From Candidatus Falkowbacteria bacterium (lineage in GTDB: Bacteria; Patescibacteriota; Patescibacteriia; UBA11705), in the NCBI GenBank assembly GCA_003518055.1, contig DOZJ01000002.1:299785-363784 (forward strand): 64,000 bases of DNA. The letters are read 5' to 3'. Positions within the stretch are counted from its first letter, which is position 1. The number at the start of each line of letters is the position of its first letter. The notes beneath the pieces were generated by a model. The model was not told where the DNA came from. It searched no databases and worked only from the letters and a program-made list of their open reading frames with translations. Made by a program: the position numbers and the translations under genes. This document shows positions 17,179-26,260 of the stretch, in pieces.

Positions 17179-18555
17179 TCATCCGTTATACCCATGCTGC
17201 TGCCGGTCCATATCTTTGAACGAAGCCTGAGCCCCGTCAAAATAAAGTTTGATCAACCCGGTCGGACCATTACGATGTTTGGCGATGTGAATCTCAGCCG
17301 TGCTTTTGTCTTCCGGCGTTAGCTCCTCGGGCGAGTAGTTGCGGTCAGCGGATTTACGATAGATAAACATCACAATATCCGCGTCCTGCTCGATAGATCC
17401 GGATTCACGGAGGTGGGAGAGTTTGGGGATTGCCGGCTTGTTCATTTCCACCGCGCGGGATAGCTGAGACAGCGCCAAGACCGGAATATCCAATTCACGC
17501 GCGATTTGTTTCAACGCCCGAGAGATTTCTGATACCGCCTGCAGTCGATTTTCTGCTCCGACCCGTGATTCCATCAGCTGTAGATAATCAATCACAATCA
17601 GACCGAGATTATGCTCCATTTTTAGCCGTCTCGCTTTGGTTCTGACATCGATGATGCTGATGCCGGCGGAGTCGTCAATATAAATGGGCGCTTCAGACAA
17701 AACTCCCATCGCGTGACCCAGCCGCGGGAAGTCACTGTCATCTTCGCCCGAAGATAGTTTGCCGGTGCGGATTTTCCACAGGTCGACGCCAGATTCGGCG
17801 CACAGCATGCGGTCAACCAATTGTTCTTTGCTCATTTCCAAACTGAAATACCCGACAGGGACCTTGCTTTTGACCGCCACCTGTCTCGCGATGTCGAGCG
17901 CCAGTGACGTTTTACCGACCGATGGGCGCGCCGCCAAGATTATCAAGTCGGATTTTTGTAATCCGGCTAGGTGATTATCGAGATCAGAAAAGCAGGTGGG
18001 CACGCCGCGCAGCTTGCCGGAATTTTTATGCAGCTCGTCAATTCGTTCAAACGCCGAAGCCAAGACAGATTTGATCGGCATGAATCCTTGTTTTTGATTC
18101 TTTTGCGACACATCAAAGAGCTGGTGTTCGGCTTGATCGATAATGACATCAATATCTTCGTCTTCTTTATAGCCCAAATTGGTGATTTCGTGAGCGGCGG
18201 AAATCAATTTTCTCAACGTGGCTTTTTTAACCACGATTTGCGAGTAGTGGACCACATTGCTGGCGGTGGCCACGCCGTTGGTCAAGTTGACAAGGTAGGT
18301 CCGGCCGCCGATTTGGTCCAGTAATTTTTTTTCTTCCAGTTTGTTGGTTAGAGTCAAGAGATCAATCGGCTCATGTTCGGTATACAATTCCAGCATGTTG
18401 TCATAGATGGTTCTATGACTGGACTTATAAAAGTCTTCCGCTTTCAAGATGTCTGCCATTTTGTAAAAACTTTCATTGTCAATCAAAATCGAGCCGAGCA
18501 CGTACTGCTCAGCTTCAATGTTCTGCGGCGGCAATTTGGTAATGTTGTCAGCCAT
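17179..18555 (-). CDS. dnaB: Replicative DNA helicase
   Basis: PPQNIEAE, AARPSVGKT, IDYLQL, LSQLSR, LRESGSIEQDAD, KHRNGPTG. Confidence 0.98.
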   Translation of the reverse strand: MADNITKLPPQNIEAEQYVLGSILIDNESFYKMADILKAEDFYKSSHRTIYDNMLELYTEHEPIDLLTLTNKLEEKKLLDQIGGRTYLVNLTNGVATASNVVHYSQIVVKKATLRKLISAAHEITNLGYKEDEDIDVIIDQAEHQLFDVSQKNQKQGFMPIKSVLASAFERIDELHKNSGKLRGVPTCFSDLDNHLAGLQKSDLIILAARPSVGKTSLALDIARQVAVKSKVPVGYFSLEMSKEQLVDRMLCAESGVDLWKIRTGKLSSGEDDSDFPRLGHAMGVLSEAPIYIDDSAGISIIDVRTKARRLKMEHNLGLIVIDYLQLMESRVGAENRLQAVSEISRALKQIARELDIPVLALSQLSRAVEMNKPAIPKLSHLRESGSIEQDADIVMFIYRKSADRNYSPEELTPEDKSTAEIHIAKHRNGPTGLIKLYFDGAQASFKDMDRQQHGYNG

Positions 18556-18685
18556 AATAATGTTTTCCTCGTGTCAATTTGAGACTCTCGAAGGACTGAC
18601 TCGGGGATGGGCTCAATAGATCAAGTTAATTTTATCTGATATGACCCCCGGCCGCAAGTTGATAACATGGGGAAAAGCGACGGAA

Positions 18686-18812
18686 AGAGAATTAAGAGAT
18701 TAGGTTAATTCAGAGATAAAGTTGAATGAGAAAATCAGCCGTCTGTGGGATCTTTATTCTGATTTATTATAAACTAATCCTAATCCCTTAATCTCTTAAT
18801 TCTCTCATTCTC
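18686..18812. repeat. Short octamer-like tandem repeats forming a 17-bp inverted repeat
   Basis: AGAGAATTAAGAGATTA (18686-18702) is the exact reverse complement of 18789-18805. Confidence 0.6.
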
Positions 18813-18860
18813 TTTTTACCATATTCTAGCCAAACTTCTGTAGTTATAGTTCCGCCCCTA

Positions 18861-18911
18861 TTGACAAATTATTTAATGTGTGTTATAATGGTTAATCGAA
18901 CATTGAAAAAC
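18861..18911 (+). promoter_or_regulatory. Perfect sigma70 promoter with extended -10, followed by a boxA-like element
   Basis: TTGACA-17bp-TATAAT with TG at the extended -10 position; GAACATTGAAAA just downstream. Confidence 0.85.
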
Positions 18912-19824
18912 ACGACACGGGGCTGCGGCCCCAATCACCGGCGGTCCTGAGGGACGCCCGGTCTACTGGAGGACAACTTGAGAGTTTGTTTTGCTCGTGG
19001 TCCCCCGTAGTTATGTCGCGGCACTGGACGGCCCCACAGACCCTTAATGGGCAGTGCGGCGCGTCCGAACTGCGCTGCTCCGTTTCGGCTTAGGGAGCGT
19101 AAAGCAGCCGACCCACGACAGGCCTACCCGGACGTCTAGCACCACCGGCTCTCCACAGCGAGACGGTGCTAAGACGATCGCGGGTTGAACCCAAACCATA
19201 TAACGTCGAAAGTCGGAGGGCAGAAAGCGCATGAATCGTTCTTGACCCCCCCCACTCTCGGCGGCTGCCGTAAGAGAGGGACACTCGGCCGCGGACGCGA
19301 CTCACATGGAGCGGCGGCCGGCCTCCACAGCAGAGGAAAGGCGCTGTAGAAATGATTCATAGCCGAGCTTCGCCGCGGTAGCGCTCCGTTCACGGACCTA
19401 CCGCATCTGTCGTCAGAGTTCTCACGCGTACAATCCTCGTCGCGGAGCATATAGCCCCAGAGCAGGAACGACGCGATTAATCCCCACTCGTGTGGGGAGA
19501 GTGCGCCTGGACCACTACATCCTGTAAACCGAATTTTAAAAAATTCGGTCAAGGCGGGTGAACGGATCCACGCGCGCAAATATACGGTGGGCCCCACCGT
19601 CCTGACGGACAATGTGGGCCTTGGCTGGACTGGTCACCCTGGTGTTCAGCCAAGTATACAGGGGTTTTCTACCTTAAACGGGAAAGTTGAGGGCAGAAAG
19701 CGCATGACGGTGTAATACAAATGATGACCGAGGCCGGACCACTATGGACGGCTCTCGGAGTCTAACATTCACCTGACAGGAAGTCTTAGACCCGGACGCA
19801 AAGCGTTTCGGGTCTTCGTATTTT
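18896..19824 (+). ncRNA. Putative large (~930 nt) structured non-coding RNA of unknown family
   Basis: GC-rich region with no + strand ORF in the track, lying between a perfect promoter and a terminator-like hairpin (19788-19824). More than ten hairpins visible, plus an internal 19-nt direct repeat. Confidence 0.6.
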
Positions 19825-19899
19825 AAATAACCCCGAAAGTAAAGTTCGTGAACTTCGGTTTCGGATTCTTCGATCTGTGTTTTTCTGGTTTTTTGAACC

Positions 19900-19927
19900 G
19901 AAAGCGCGACATCAATGTCGCGCTTTC
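19900..19927. repeat. REP-like palindrome
   Basis: GAAAGCGCGACAT-CA-ATGTCGCGCTTTC, same family as 13418. Confidence 0.75.
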
Positions 19928-19936
19928 TAAACTTTG

Positions 19937-20791
19937 TTAGCTATGTTTCTCCGCCAGCTGCAGCGTATTTTTCAATAGATAGGCGATAGTCAGCGGTCCG
20001 ACCCCTCCGGGTACCGGAGAGATAAAGCTGGCCTTGAGCATGGCATTATCAAAATCAACATCGCCGACGGTTTCATCTCCGAGGTCATTGATTCCGACAT
20101 CAATAACAATCGCTTGGTCTTTGATTGACTCATTGGTGATGAATTTCGGTTTTCCGATGGCGACAATTAGGATGTCAGCCTCGTGGCACAGATTATCATA
20201 GTTTGGGGACGTTAGTTTTACCGCCGTAACCACATTGTTTTTTCCGTACAAAAATTGAAATGGCTCAGCAAAGACTTCACTATTACACAAAATGGTGATT
20301 TTTTTATTCTCGATCGTTGTTTTAGTTTCCCGAATCAACGCGTCAATGCCGAGGGCGAGCGGGGAGAGGATTACCGGCTGGCCGGCGCGCAGTTTAACCA
20401 AGTTATCGGGGTGAAAACCATCCACGTCTTTGGCCGGATCAATCGCTTTGATGATGGCCGATTCGTCAAACCCGGCCGGAAGAGGTAATTGAACCAATAT
20501 GGCGTCAACTTCCGGATCCTGATTTAAAAATTTTATTACCTCAATAACTTCCGCTGATGTTTGGTTTTCGCTGAAGCGATATAAATGAAAATCAATCTCC
20601 GCTCGGTCGCAGGCCTTTTGTTTCAAACTGACATAAATCTCTGATGCCTTGTCATGGCCGATCAAAATCGCGGCCAGTCCAGCGCTGGTTTTATTGATTT
20701 TGACAGTCCGGCAGGTCTCTTGATTGATTCTTTCCGCCAAGAGTTTACCGTCGATTATTTGTCCGGTTAATTTTGGGCCTTTAATTTCCAT
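19937..20791 (-). CDS. folD: Bifunctional methylenetetrahydrofolate dehydrogenase/cyclohydrolase
   Basis: IIDGK, ILVQLPLP, KDVDGFHP, VGDVDF, PVPGGVGPLT. Confidence 0.96.
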   Translation of the reverse strand: MEIKGPKLTGQIIDGKLLAERINQETCRTVKINKTSAGLAAILIGHDKASEIYVSLKQKACDRAEIDFHLYRFSENQTSAEVIEVIKFLNQDPEVDAILVQLPLPAGFDESAIIKAIDPAKDVDGFHPDNLVKLRAGQPVILSPLALGIDALIRETKTTIENKKITILCNSEVFAEPFQFLYGKNNVVTAVKLTSPNYDNLCHEADILIVAIGKPKFITNESIKDQAIVIDVGINDLGDETVGDVDFDNAMLKASFISPVPGGVGPLTIAYLLKNTLQLAEKHS

Positions 20792-20912
20792 AAGCTATGA
20801 TTTTTTTCATATTATTTTGAACCCTGAATGAAATTCACTAGTTGAGGCCGAGCCGGCAAGCCGGCTCGGCCTGGTACCTTACGAATCTGAATCCTTTAAA
20901 ATGTTAAGATAT

Positions 20913-22157
20913 TTATCGTGCTAATTCCGGGTACAGGGGGAATTTTGCGGTCAATTCTATGACTGAGCCGCGGATCTGATCCAGTATTTCAGGTTTATCT
21001 TTGTTCGTCAAGGCTCGGTCGATCATCTCAACAATGAGTTTCATTTCCGGCTCCTTCATCCCGCGGGTTGTTACCGCCGGAGTCCCCAATCTTATCCCTG
21101 ATGGGTCCATTGGCCCGCGCGGATCATCAGGCACCGCATTTTTGTTCAGCGTGATGCCGGCGATGTCGAGCGTATCTTGAGCTTCTTTGCCGGTTATTTG
21201 TTTATTCGTCAAATCAATCAAGAGAAGGTGATTGTCGGTGCCGCCAAAACAAATGTTATAATCACGCGCTTTGAATTCCAATTCCATCGCCTTTGCGTTA
21301 AGCAAAATTTGTTTGGTATAAGTTTGAAATTCCGGCTCCAAAGCTTCTTTGAACGCCACGGCTTTGGCCGCGGTGTTGTTGTCGTGCGGTCCGCCTTGCA
21401 GACCGGGGAACACGCCTTTATCGATTTGTTTGGCCAGTTTTTCTTTGCACATGATCATGGCGCCGCGCGGGCCGCGCAGGGTTTTGTGCGTGGTGGTTGT
21501 CACCACATCAAAAATCGGTACCGGATTTTCCAGCTGTTTGCCGGCGATTAGCCCGGCGATATGAGCGATATCCGCCATCGTGTAAGCCCCGACTTCATCA
21601 GCGATAGCTTTGAATTTTTGATAGTTCAAATTGCGGGAATAGGCTGAAAACCCGGCTAGAATCAGTTTGGGTTTGTGCTCCAAAGCCATCTGGCGCAGAT
21701 TATCAAAATCAATCTCGCCCTGCGCGTTGGTTTTGTAACGGACAAAATTAAACACTTTGGCCATGTGAGTGACCGGGTGGCCGTGAGTCAAATGTCCGCC
21801 GTGGCCGAGATCCATGCCGAGAATCGTATCTCCGGGTTCGAGCAACGCAAAATAAACCGCGATATTGGCCGGCGCGCCAGATAGGGGCTGGACATTGACG
21901 TGCTCGGCGCCAAAAAGCTGTTTGGCGCGGTCGATTGCCAAAAGTTCAACCTGATCGATATATTCATTGCCGCCATAATATCTCTTGCCCGGGTAGCCTT
22001 CGGAATATTTGTTGGTCAGAACGCTGCCGAGAGCCTCCATGACCGCCAAGGAAACAAAATTTTCCGAGGGGATAAGCTCCAAATGTTTTTCCTGCCGGTC
22101 TCGTTCTTTATTGATTAAATCATGAATTTGCGGATCAGTTGTGGCTAAATTTTTCAT
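20913..22157 (-). CDS. glyA: Serine hydroxymethyltransferase
   Basis: LIPSENF, NKYSEGYPGKRYYGG, TTTHKTLRGPRG PLP lysine. Confidence 0.98.
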   Translation of the reverse strand: MKNLATTDPQIHDLINKERDRQEKHLELIPSENFVSLAVMEALGSVLTNKYSEGYPGKRYYGGNEYIDQVELLAIDRAKQLFGAEHVNVQPLSGAPANIAVYFALLEPGDTILGMDLGHGGHLTHGHPVTHMAKVFNFVRYKTNAQGEIDFDNLRQMALEHKPKLILAGFSAYSRNLNYQKFKAIADEVGAYTMADIAHIAGLIAGKQLENPVPIFDVVTTTTHKTLRGPRGAMIMCKEKLAKQIDKGVFPGLQGGPHDNNTAAKAVAFKEALEPEFQTYTKQILLNAKAMELEFKARDYNICFGGTDNHLLLIDLTNKQITGKEAQDTLDIAGITLNKNAVPDDPRGPMDPSGIRLGTPAVTTRGMKEPEMKLIVEMIDRALTNKDKPEILDQIRGSVIELTAKFPLYPELAR

Positions 22158-22363
22158 ATAAAAAAATGCTTTATTGAATAAAATAATGGATTGTGATGGT
22201 GTTACAACATATTTTGGATTGTTATCATTATACCAGATTAGAAGTCTGGTGCAAATAATTTGGTAGTTCTAGATAAATACACGTATTGACTTTTTTTTTA
22301 GATAATGTTAATTTATAGCGTTATCCCAGAACATTAACAACCACCCGGAAACGGAGGCTATGT

Positions 22364-24205
22364 ATGAGCCGACTGCCGTTGTATAAGGTCATTAAATTTC
22401 TGCATGAGTACAATCAGCAAAATGCGGTGGAGTTGGAATCGTTGCAGCGTGAACTTTCAGCCTACGGGCCGTATTCTCCTGAACAGAGGCAAGCGGGGCT
22501 AACCGAAAGAGACGCAGCCATTCAGTCTTTTGATCAGGCTCGGGCCAAGTACCTTGATGGGCAATGCACTCATGATGATTATTCAGTAGCACAGAAGTCT
22601 CAGGATGAGATCATTCAGCGAATGTTAAATTTTGAGCAGGAAAAGAAGCAGAAACTCGGACGGCGAGATCATCTGCGTTATCGCGACGGGCAGTTGAATT
22701 CGATTTTGAGGCTGCTGATCGATGACCAGGCGCGCGGCGATGTCGAAATTGATATCGATTCTACGTCCGAACCGGTTGCACCGATCCCAACACCAGCGCC
22801 CGAGCCTGCGGCTCCAATTTCACCCCCCGCGCCGGAGTTATCCGCTGCCGATCATCAGCTGCAAAATGAAATGTTGTGCGCTCTCTACGTCCGTCGATTT
22901 GATAAGCGAGTCTGCTTGATGAATGTGATTGAAACTTTGCGGCACTGGCAGCGAACTCGTGAAATCGAGTATGGTAACGCGTTCAACCAGTTGATGCTGC
23001 TCACCAAGGAATCCGATCCTCGGGTTACGGCGGTTCTCGACTCCGATGGAGAGACTGCAGTTTCCTGCGCCTTGACCGATACCGGCGTCAAGTTCGTGAT
23101 CAACACGCTTTTGACCTCAGTCCTGGCTGATTTGACCGGCATGAGCAGTTTGCGGCTGATCCCCGCTTGGACCAAGCGCCGAATCACCTTCATTGAGCTC
23201 ATCATTGCTATTGTGATTGATTTGCGGGCCTTCCAGCATCGATTCCTTTTGAATCAGGTCACAGATTGGTTGAAGGTTTACGTTGATAAGCATGATATGG
23301 CCACATCGGTTTACAGCGCCGTTGGCCGCAGCTCGAATAAATATGGCGCTGAGGCCAAATTTTACCACTTTCTCCCGGGAACAACTTACGCGCTCAGCGA
23401 TGTTGGCTTGTCGATTTATGAAACCCGCCTCAAGCCGCTGCTGTCCGCTCCCGCAGTCGATGATGTCTCAACTCACGGCGCGGGTTCAGCCAAATCAAAG
23501 GGGTTGAAGCGTTCATTCAATTCCAACCCTTCCAAGCAAAAGCGACTGGCTCGAGCTCTTTCCGCGAAAAAGCACGTTTTGATCAAGCTGATTCGGTTGG
23601 CCGCGCACCATTTGACACTGAAAGGTCAGATCGAATTTAACACTCGTCAGCTGAGAGACGTTTTGCTCGACTGGTCGCTGGTTGGTGCCGGATCGATTGA
23701 CTCAGGCCGGTTGTGCGCGTCGATTGTCAATCACATCACAAGAGTTCATGATGCTTGGTTTAGACGGGCTGACAACAAAGCCGCCAAGGCCAAGAATCGA
23801 CTGTTTGCTCTGACGGCAAATGGTATTGACCTTTCTGTCGATGATGAAGACCATTACAAGCAGCTGCTCGGAAAGTCTGATGAAAAGTTCAAGGATCTGA
23901 TTCGTCGGTATCAGAAAAAGCAAAGCTCTCCTGTCGACGTTTTGGTGTCGGTTTTTGGCTTGATTGGGGAGCTGGAAAACATTAGCTTCGCTACTCTGGT
24001 TTCAAAGTTTGAGGCCGGCGGCCTGACTCGCAAACAGGCGAGATGTTTTGTCGCCAAGTATTTGCACGTTCAACTGACAACTGAAGGTGCCCAGCAATTC
24101 ATTTTCCCTGTCGGCCAACACATCTCGAAGAGCATTCAGAATCGGTACGCTCTGACCGAAGCCGGCAGAGAAATGTTTTCAACTTTGGTTAATACGCCAA
24201 ATTAA
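22364..24205 (+). CDS. Large orphan protein: coiled-coil N-terminus, Pro-rich linker, about four putative winged-HTH modules
   Basis: GGAGG SD, TTGACT-17-TAATTT promoter (22286-22314), repeated ALTDTG/ALSDVG/ALTANG/ALTEAG motifs, terminator GACTGAT/ATCAGTC-T7. Confidence 0.75.
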   Translation: MSRLPLYKVIKFLHEYNQQNAVELESLQRELSAYGPYSPEQRQAGLTERDAAIQSFDQARAKYLDGQCTHDDYSVAQKSQDEIIQRMLNFEQEKKQKLGRRDHLRYRDGQLNSILRLLIDDQARGDVEIDIDSTSEPVAPIPTPAPEPAAPISPPAPELSAADHQLQNEMLCALYVRRFDKRVCLMNVIETLRHWQRTREIEYGNAFNQLMLLTKESDPRVTAVLDSDGETAVSCALTDTGVKFVINTLLTSVLADLTGMSSLRLIPAWTKRRITFIELIIAIVIDLRAFQHRFLLNQVTDWLKVYVDKHDMATSVYSAVGRSSNKYGAEAKFYHFLPGTTYALSDVGLSIYETRLKPLLSAPAVDDVSTHGAGSAKSKGLKRSFNSNPSKQKRLARALSAKKHVLIKLIRLAAHHLTLKGQIEFNTRQLRDVLLDWSLVGAGSIDSGRLCASIVNHITRVHDAWFRRADNKAAKAKNRLFALTANGIDLSVDDEDHYKQLLGKSDEKFKDLIRRYQKKQSSPVDVLVSVFGLIGELENISFATLVSKFEAGGLTRKQARCFVAKYLHVQLTTEGAQQFIFPVGQHISKSIQNRYALTEAGREMFSTLVNTPN

Positions 24206-24275
24206 AAAAGACTGATAATCATCAGTCCTTTTTTTATTTTATCGCGAAAGCTATTTTAACAGTATGAAGATCTGG

Positions 24276-26165
24276 TTAGGGGATTATCAGCATAATTTCA
24301 TTGCTGTATATCTGGCAATTTCCCGTTTGACTTTTGACGCAGACTCGGAAGTAATAGTTGTCGCCGGAGTTTAGACCGGTCCAAGTATAACCGGTTCCGG
24401 TTGAATCATAGGCAATATCTTTCGGGTATTCGACGTTGGGGCTGAATGACATCATGACTCTGTAGCCGTAGCCGGCGGTGAGATCAACCGGTTTCCAGCT
24501 GAGCATTGCTTTGCCGGTTTGAACCTCTCCGGACAGGAACACGCTGCCGGAGTTATTGACGACCGGCTCCACAGGGGCGTCAATCGTAAAAGACAGAGTA
24601 TTGCTGTAAATTTGGCATTGGTTGTCGTTAAAGACACAGATTCTGGCGTAATAGGAGCCGGGCGCGAGGTTGGGCCAGCTGTCGGAGTTCGTGACTTTAC
24701 TGACCGTATGATATCGTTCCGTTGGCCACGTTGGATCGGGTTGACCGGCCAAAATCACGCGGAAATCATTAAAGATGAGATTATCAGCTTGGTTCAGACT
24801 CCAGTTTAGACTGATTGTTTTATCTGATTTGGTGCCGGTCAAATTGATCGTTGCCGCCTCCGGGTTTGATAATTCTATTTTGGCAACATTGCTCCATTCG
24901 GTGCATTGATTATTCTCCACCAGACAGGCTTTGAAATAATAGATTCCAGCTTTTAGGTCCGAGGTCGTATAATTATCAGCATTGTTTAATGTTTTGATTT
25001 CACTGTTAGCCAAATCAGGATTATCGTTCTCTGATCGGAGCAGTTTGATGGTGGAATATTCAAGCCCAGTCTTGACAATAAACTTTATCTTCGCGGATTT
25101 ATCCGTTTCCTCAGTCACCTCAATCGCGATCGGCTCTTGGCCTTTTTTGTATGTTACAGTGAGCGTTTTTTTATTGATTTTTTTATCTTTTTTAACTGTA
25201 ATTTCAATCACATTCTTATCTTCCTTCAGCGTGTATTGATGTTCGAAATCGCCGTCTTTGTTGTCCACCTCCGCACCGTCAATAAAAATTTCAGCCGCGC
25301 TATCGGTTTTGCCTTTGATGGTCAGTTTTTCTTCCTCGGTTTCAAATTCCGCTTCAGCCGGCTCGATAATGACCAGTTTTACATTAGCGGCAAAAATGCC
25401 GAGATAAAAGTTCAGGGATTCATCCTGCTCTTTATTCCATACGATCCAGGCATCATCAAGGAAATATGCCAAGTCTTTCAGTTCCGTGGTGATGGATTTA
25501 TCAGTTTCAGCCGCGATATCAAAAACAGCAACCTGCCCTTCTTCGACCGTCCGCATATTGCTGATATTTTCGCGTTCATTGCTGTCGTAAATTTTGGTTT
25601 TGACTTTGCCCTCGATAACACTCAGTGTTATGGTGGTTCCAATCACAGTGTCAAACGCAGTTCCGAGAGCGGTCAGTTCGATTCTTTGATTGTATACTTG
25701 ATAAATTGCCGGGCTGGTTTCACTGACTCGGTGAAAGGCGCGGCCGCTCAGCATTTCAATTTTGATATCCGATTGGTTGAATTGGGTGAATTTGACCGCG
25801 GTTTCAGCTTCGAGTCGAATCAAACTGCCGTCGGGAAAGGTGATTACCGCTCGGGAATCCGGACCGGTCTTGACTTCCGCGCCGGGTTCAAAAAAATCAT
25901 TTATTTCCGCGGCCTCAAAAGCATCGGTTTTTTTTACCTGAATTGCGCCATCAAGTTTGGTTATCTGGGCGAATGTTTGTTCGGCCGCATTATCATTGGC
26001 CAAGTCAGCCGCCTCCTGCGGCACCGGAGTTTTGAGCGACCAAATTATGAACAGGACCAATCCCAATCCGATTAAAAACATGACCAAAAAACCTTTGGTT
26101 TTGTAAAATGGCTGACGGTAATAGTTCTTTTGTTTTTGCGGGTCAAATGAAGAATAGACTTGCAT
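24276..26165 (-). CDS. Membrane-anchored FecR-domain protein with Ig/FN3-like repeats
   Basis: N-terminal TM; VKTGPDSRAVITFPDGSLIRL and TALGTAF FecR motifs; three repeats ending YYxxxC...CxxxSN. Confidence 0.8.
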   Translation of the reverse strand: MQVYSSFDPQKQKNYYRQPFYKTKGFLVMFLIGLGLVLFIIWSLKTPVPQEAADLANDNAAEQTFAQITKLDGAIQVKKTDAFEAAEINDFFEPGAEVKTGPDSRAVITFPDGSLIRLEAETAVKFTQFNQSDIKIEMLSGRAFHRVSETSPAIYQVYNQRIELTALGTAFDTVIGTTITLSVIEGKVKTKIYDSNERENISNMRTVEEGQVAVFDIAAETDKSITTELKDLAYFLDDAWIVWNKEQDESLNFYLGIFAANVKLVIIEPAEAEFETEEEKLTIKGKTDSAAEIFIDGAEVDNKDGDFEHQYTLKEDKNVIEITVKKDKKINKKTLTVTYKKGQEPIAIEVTEETDKSAKIKFIVKTGLEYSTIKLLRSENDNPDLANSEIKTLNNADNYTTSDLKAGIYYFKACLVENNQCTEWSNVAKIELSNPEAATINLTGTKSDKTISLNWSLNQADNLIFNDFRVILAGQPDPTWPTERYHTVSKVTNSDSWPNLAPGSYYARICVFNDNQCQIYSNTLSFTIDAPVEPVVNNSGSVFLSGEVQTGKAMLSWKPVDLTAGYGYRVMMSFSPNVEYPKDIAYDSTGTGYTWTGLNSGDNYYFRVCVKSQTGNCQIYSNEIMLIIP

Positions 26166-26260
26166 AGAGAGAGGTAGTGATTAAAATAGGATAAGTCTTA
26201 GAGGGGATATTGGTAATAGGTTGGAAGAAATAGATTAGTTAATTTATTTTGGGGATAAAT

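Noticed and set aside
18655-18680. DnaA boxes or oriC upstream of dnaB
   Set aside because: Only degenerate matches with two or more mismatches, and no cluster of TTATCCACA.
19208-19460. RNase P (GAAAGTC..AGGGCAG) or group I intron (CATATAGCC) similarity
   Set aside because: The partner elements (RNase P 3' P4 strand; P7 GACTA pairing) were not found, so the similarity is only fragmentary.
19044-19612. Minus-strand ORFs in the GC-rich intergenic region
   Set aside because: Overlapping Arg/Pro/Ser-rich shadow ORFs with no SD or promoter; the clear promoter is on the + strand.
25137-26075. 312-aa + strand ORF
   Set aside because: Phe-rich antisense shadow of the FecR-domain gene.
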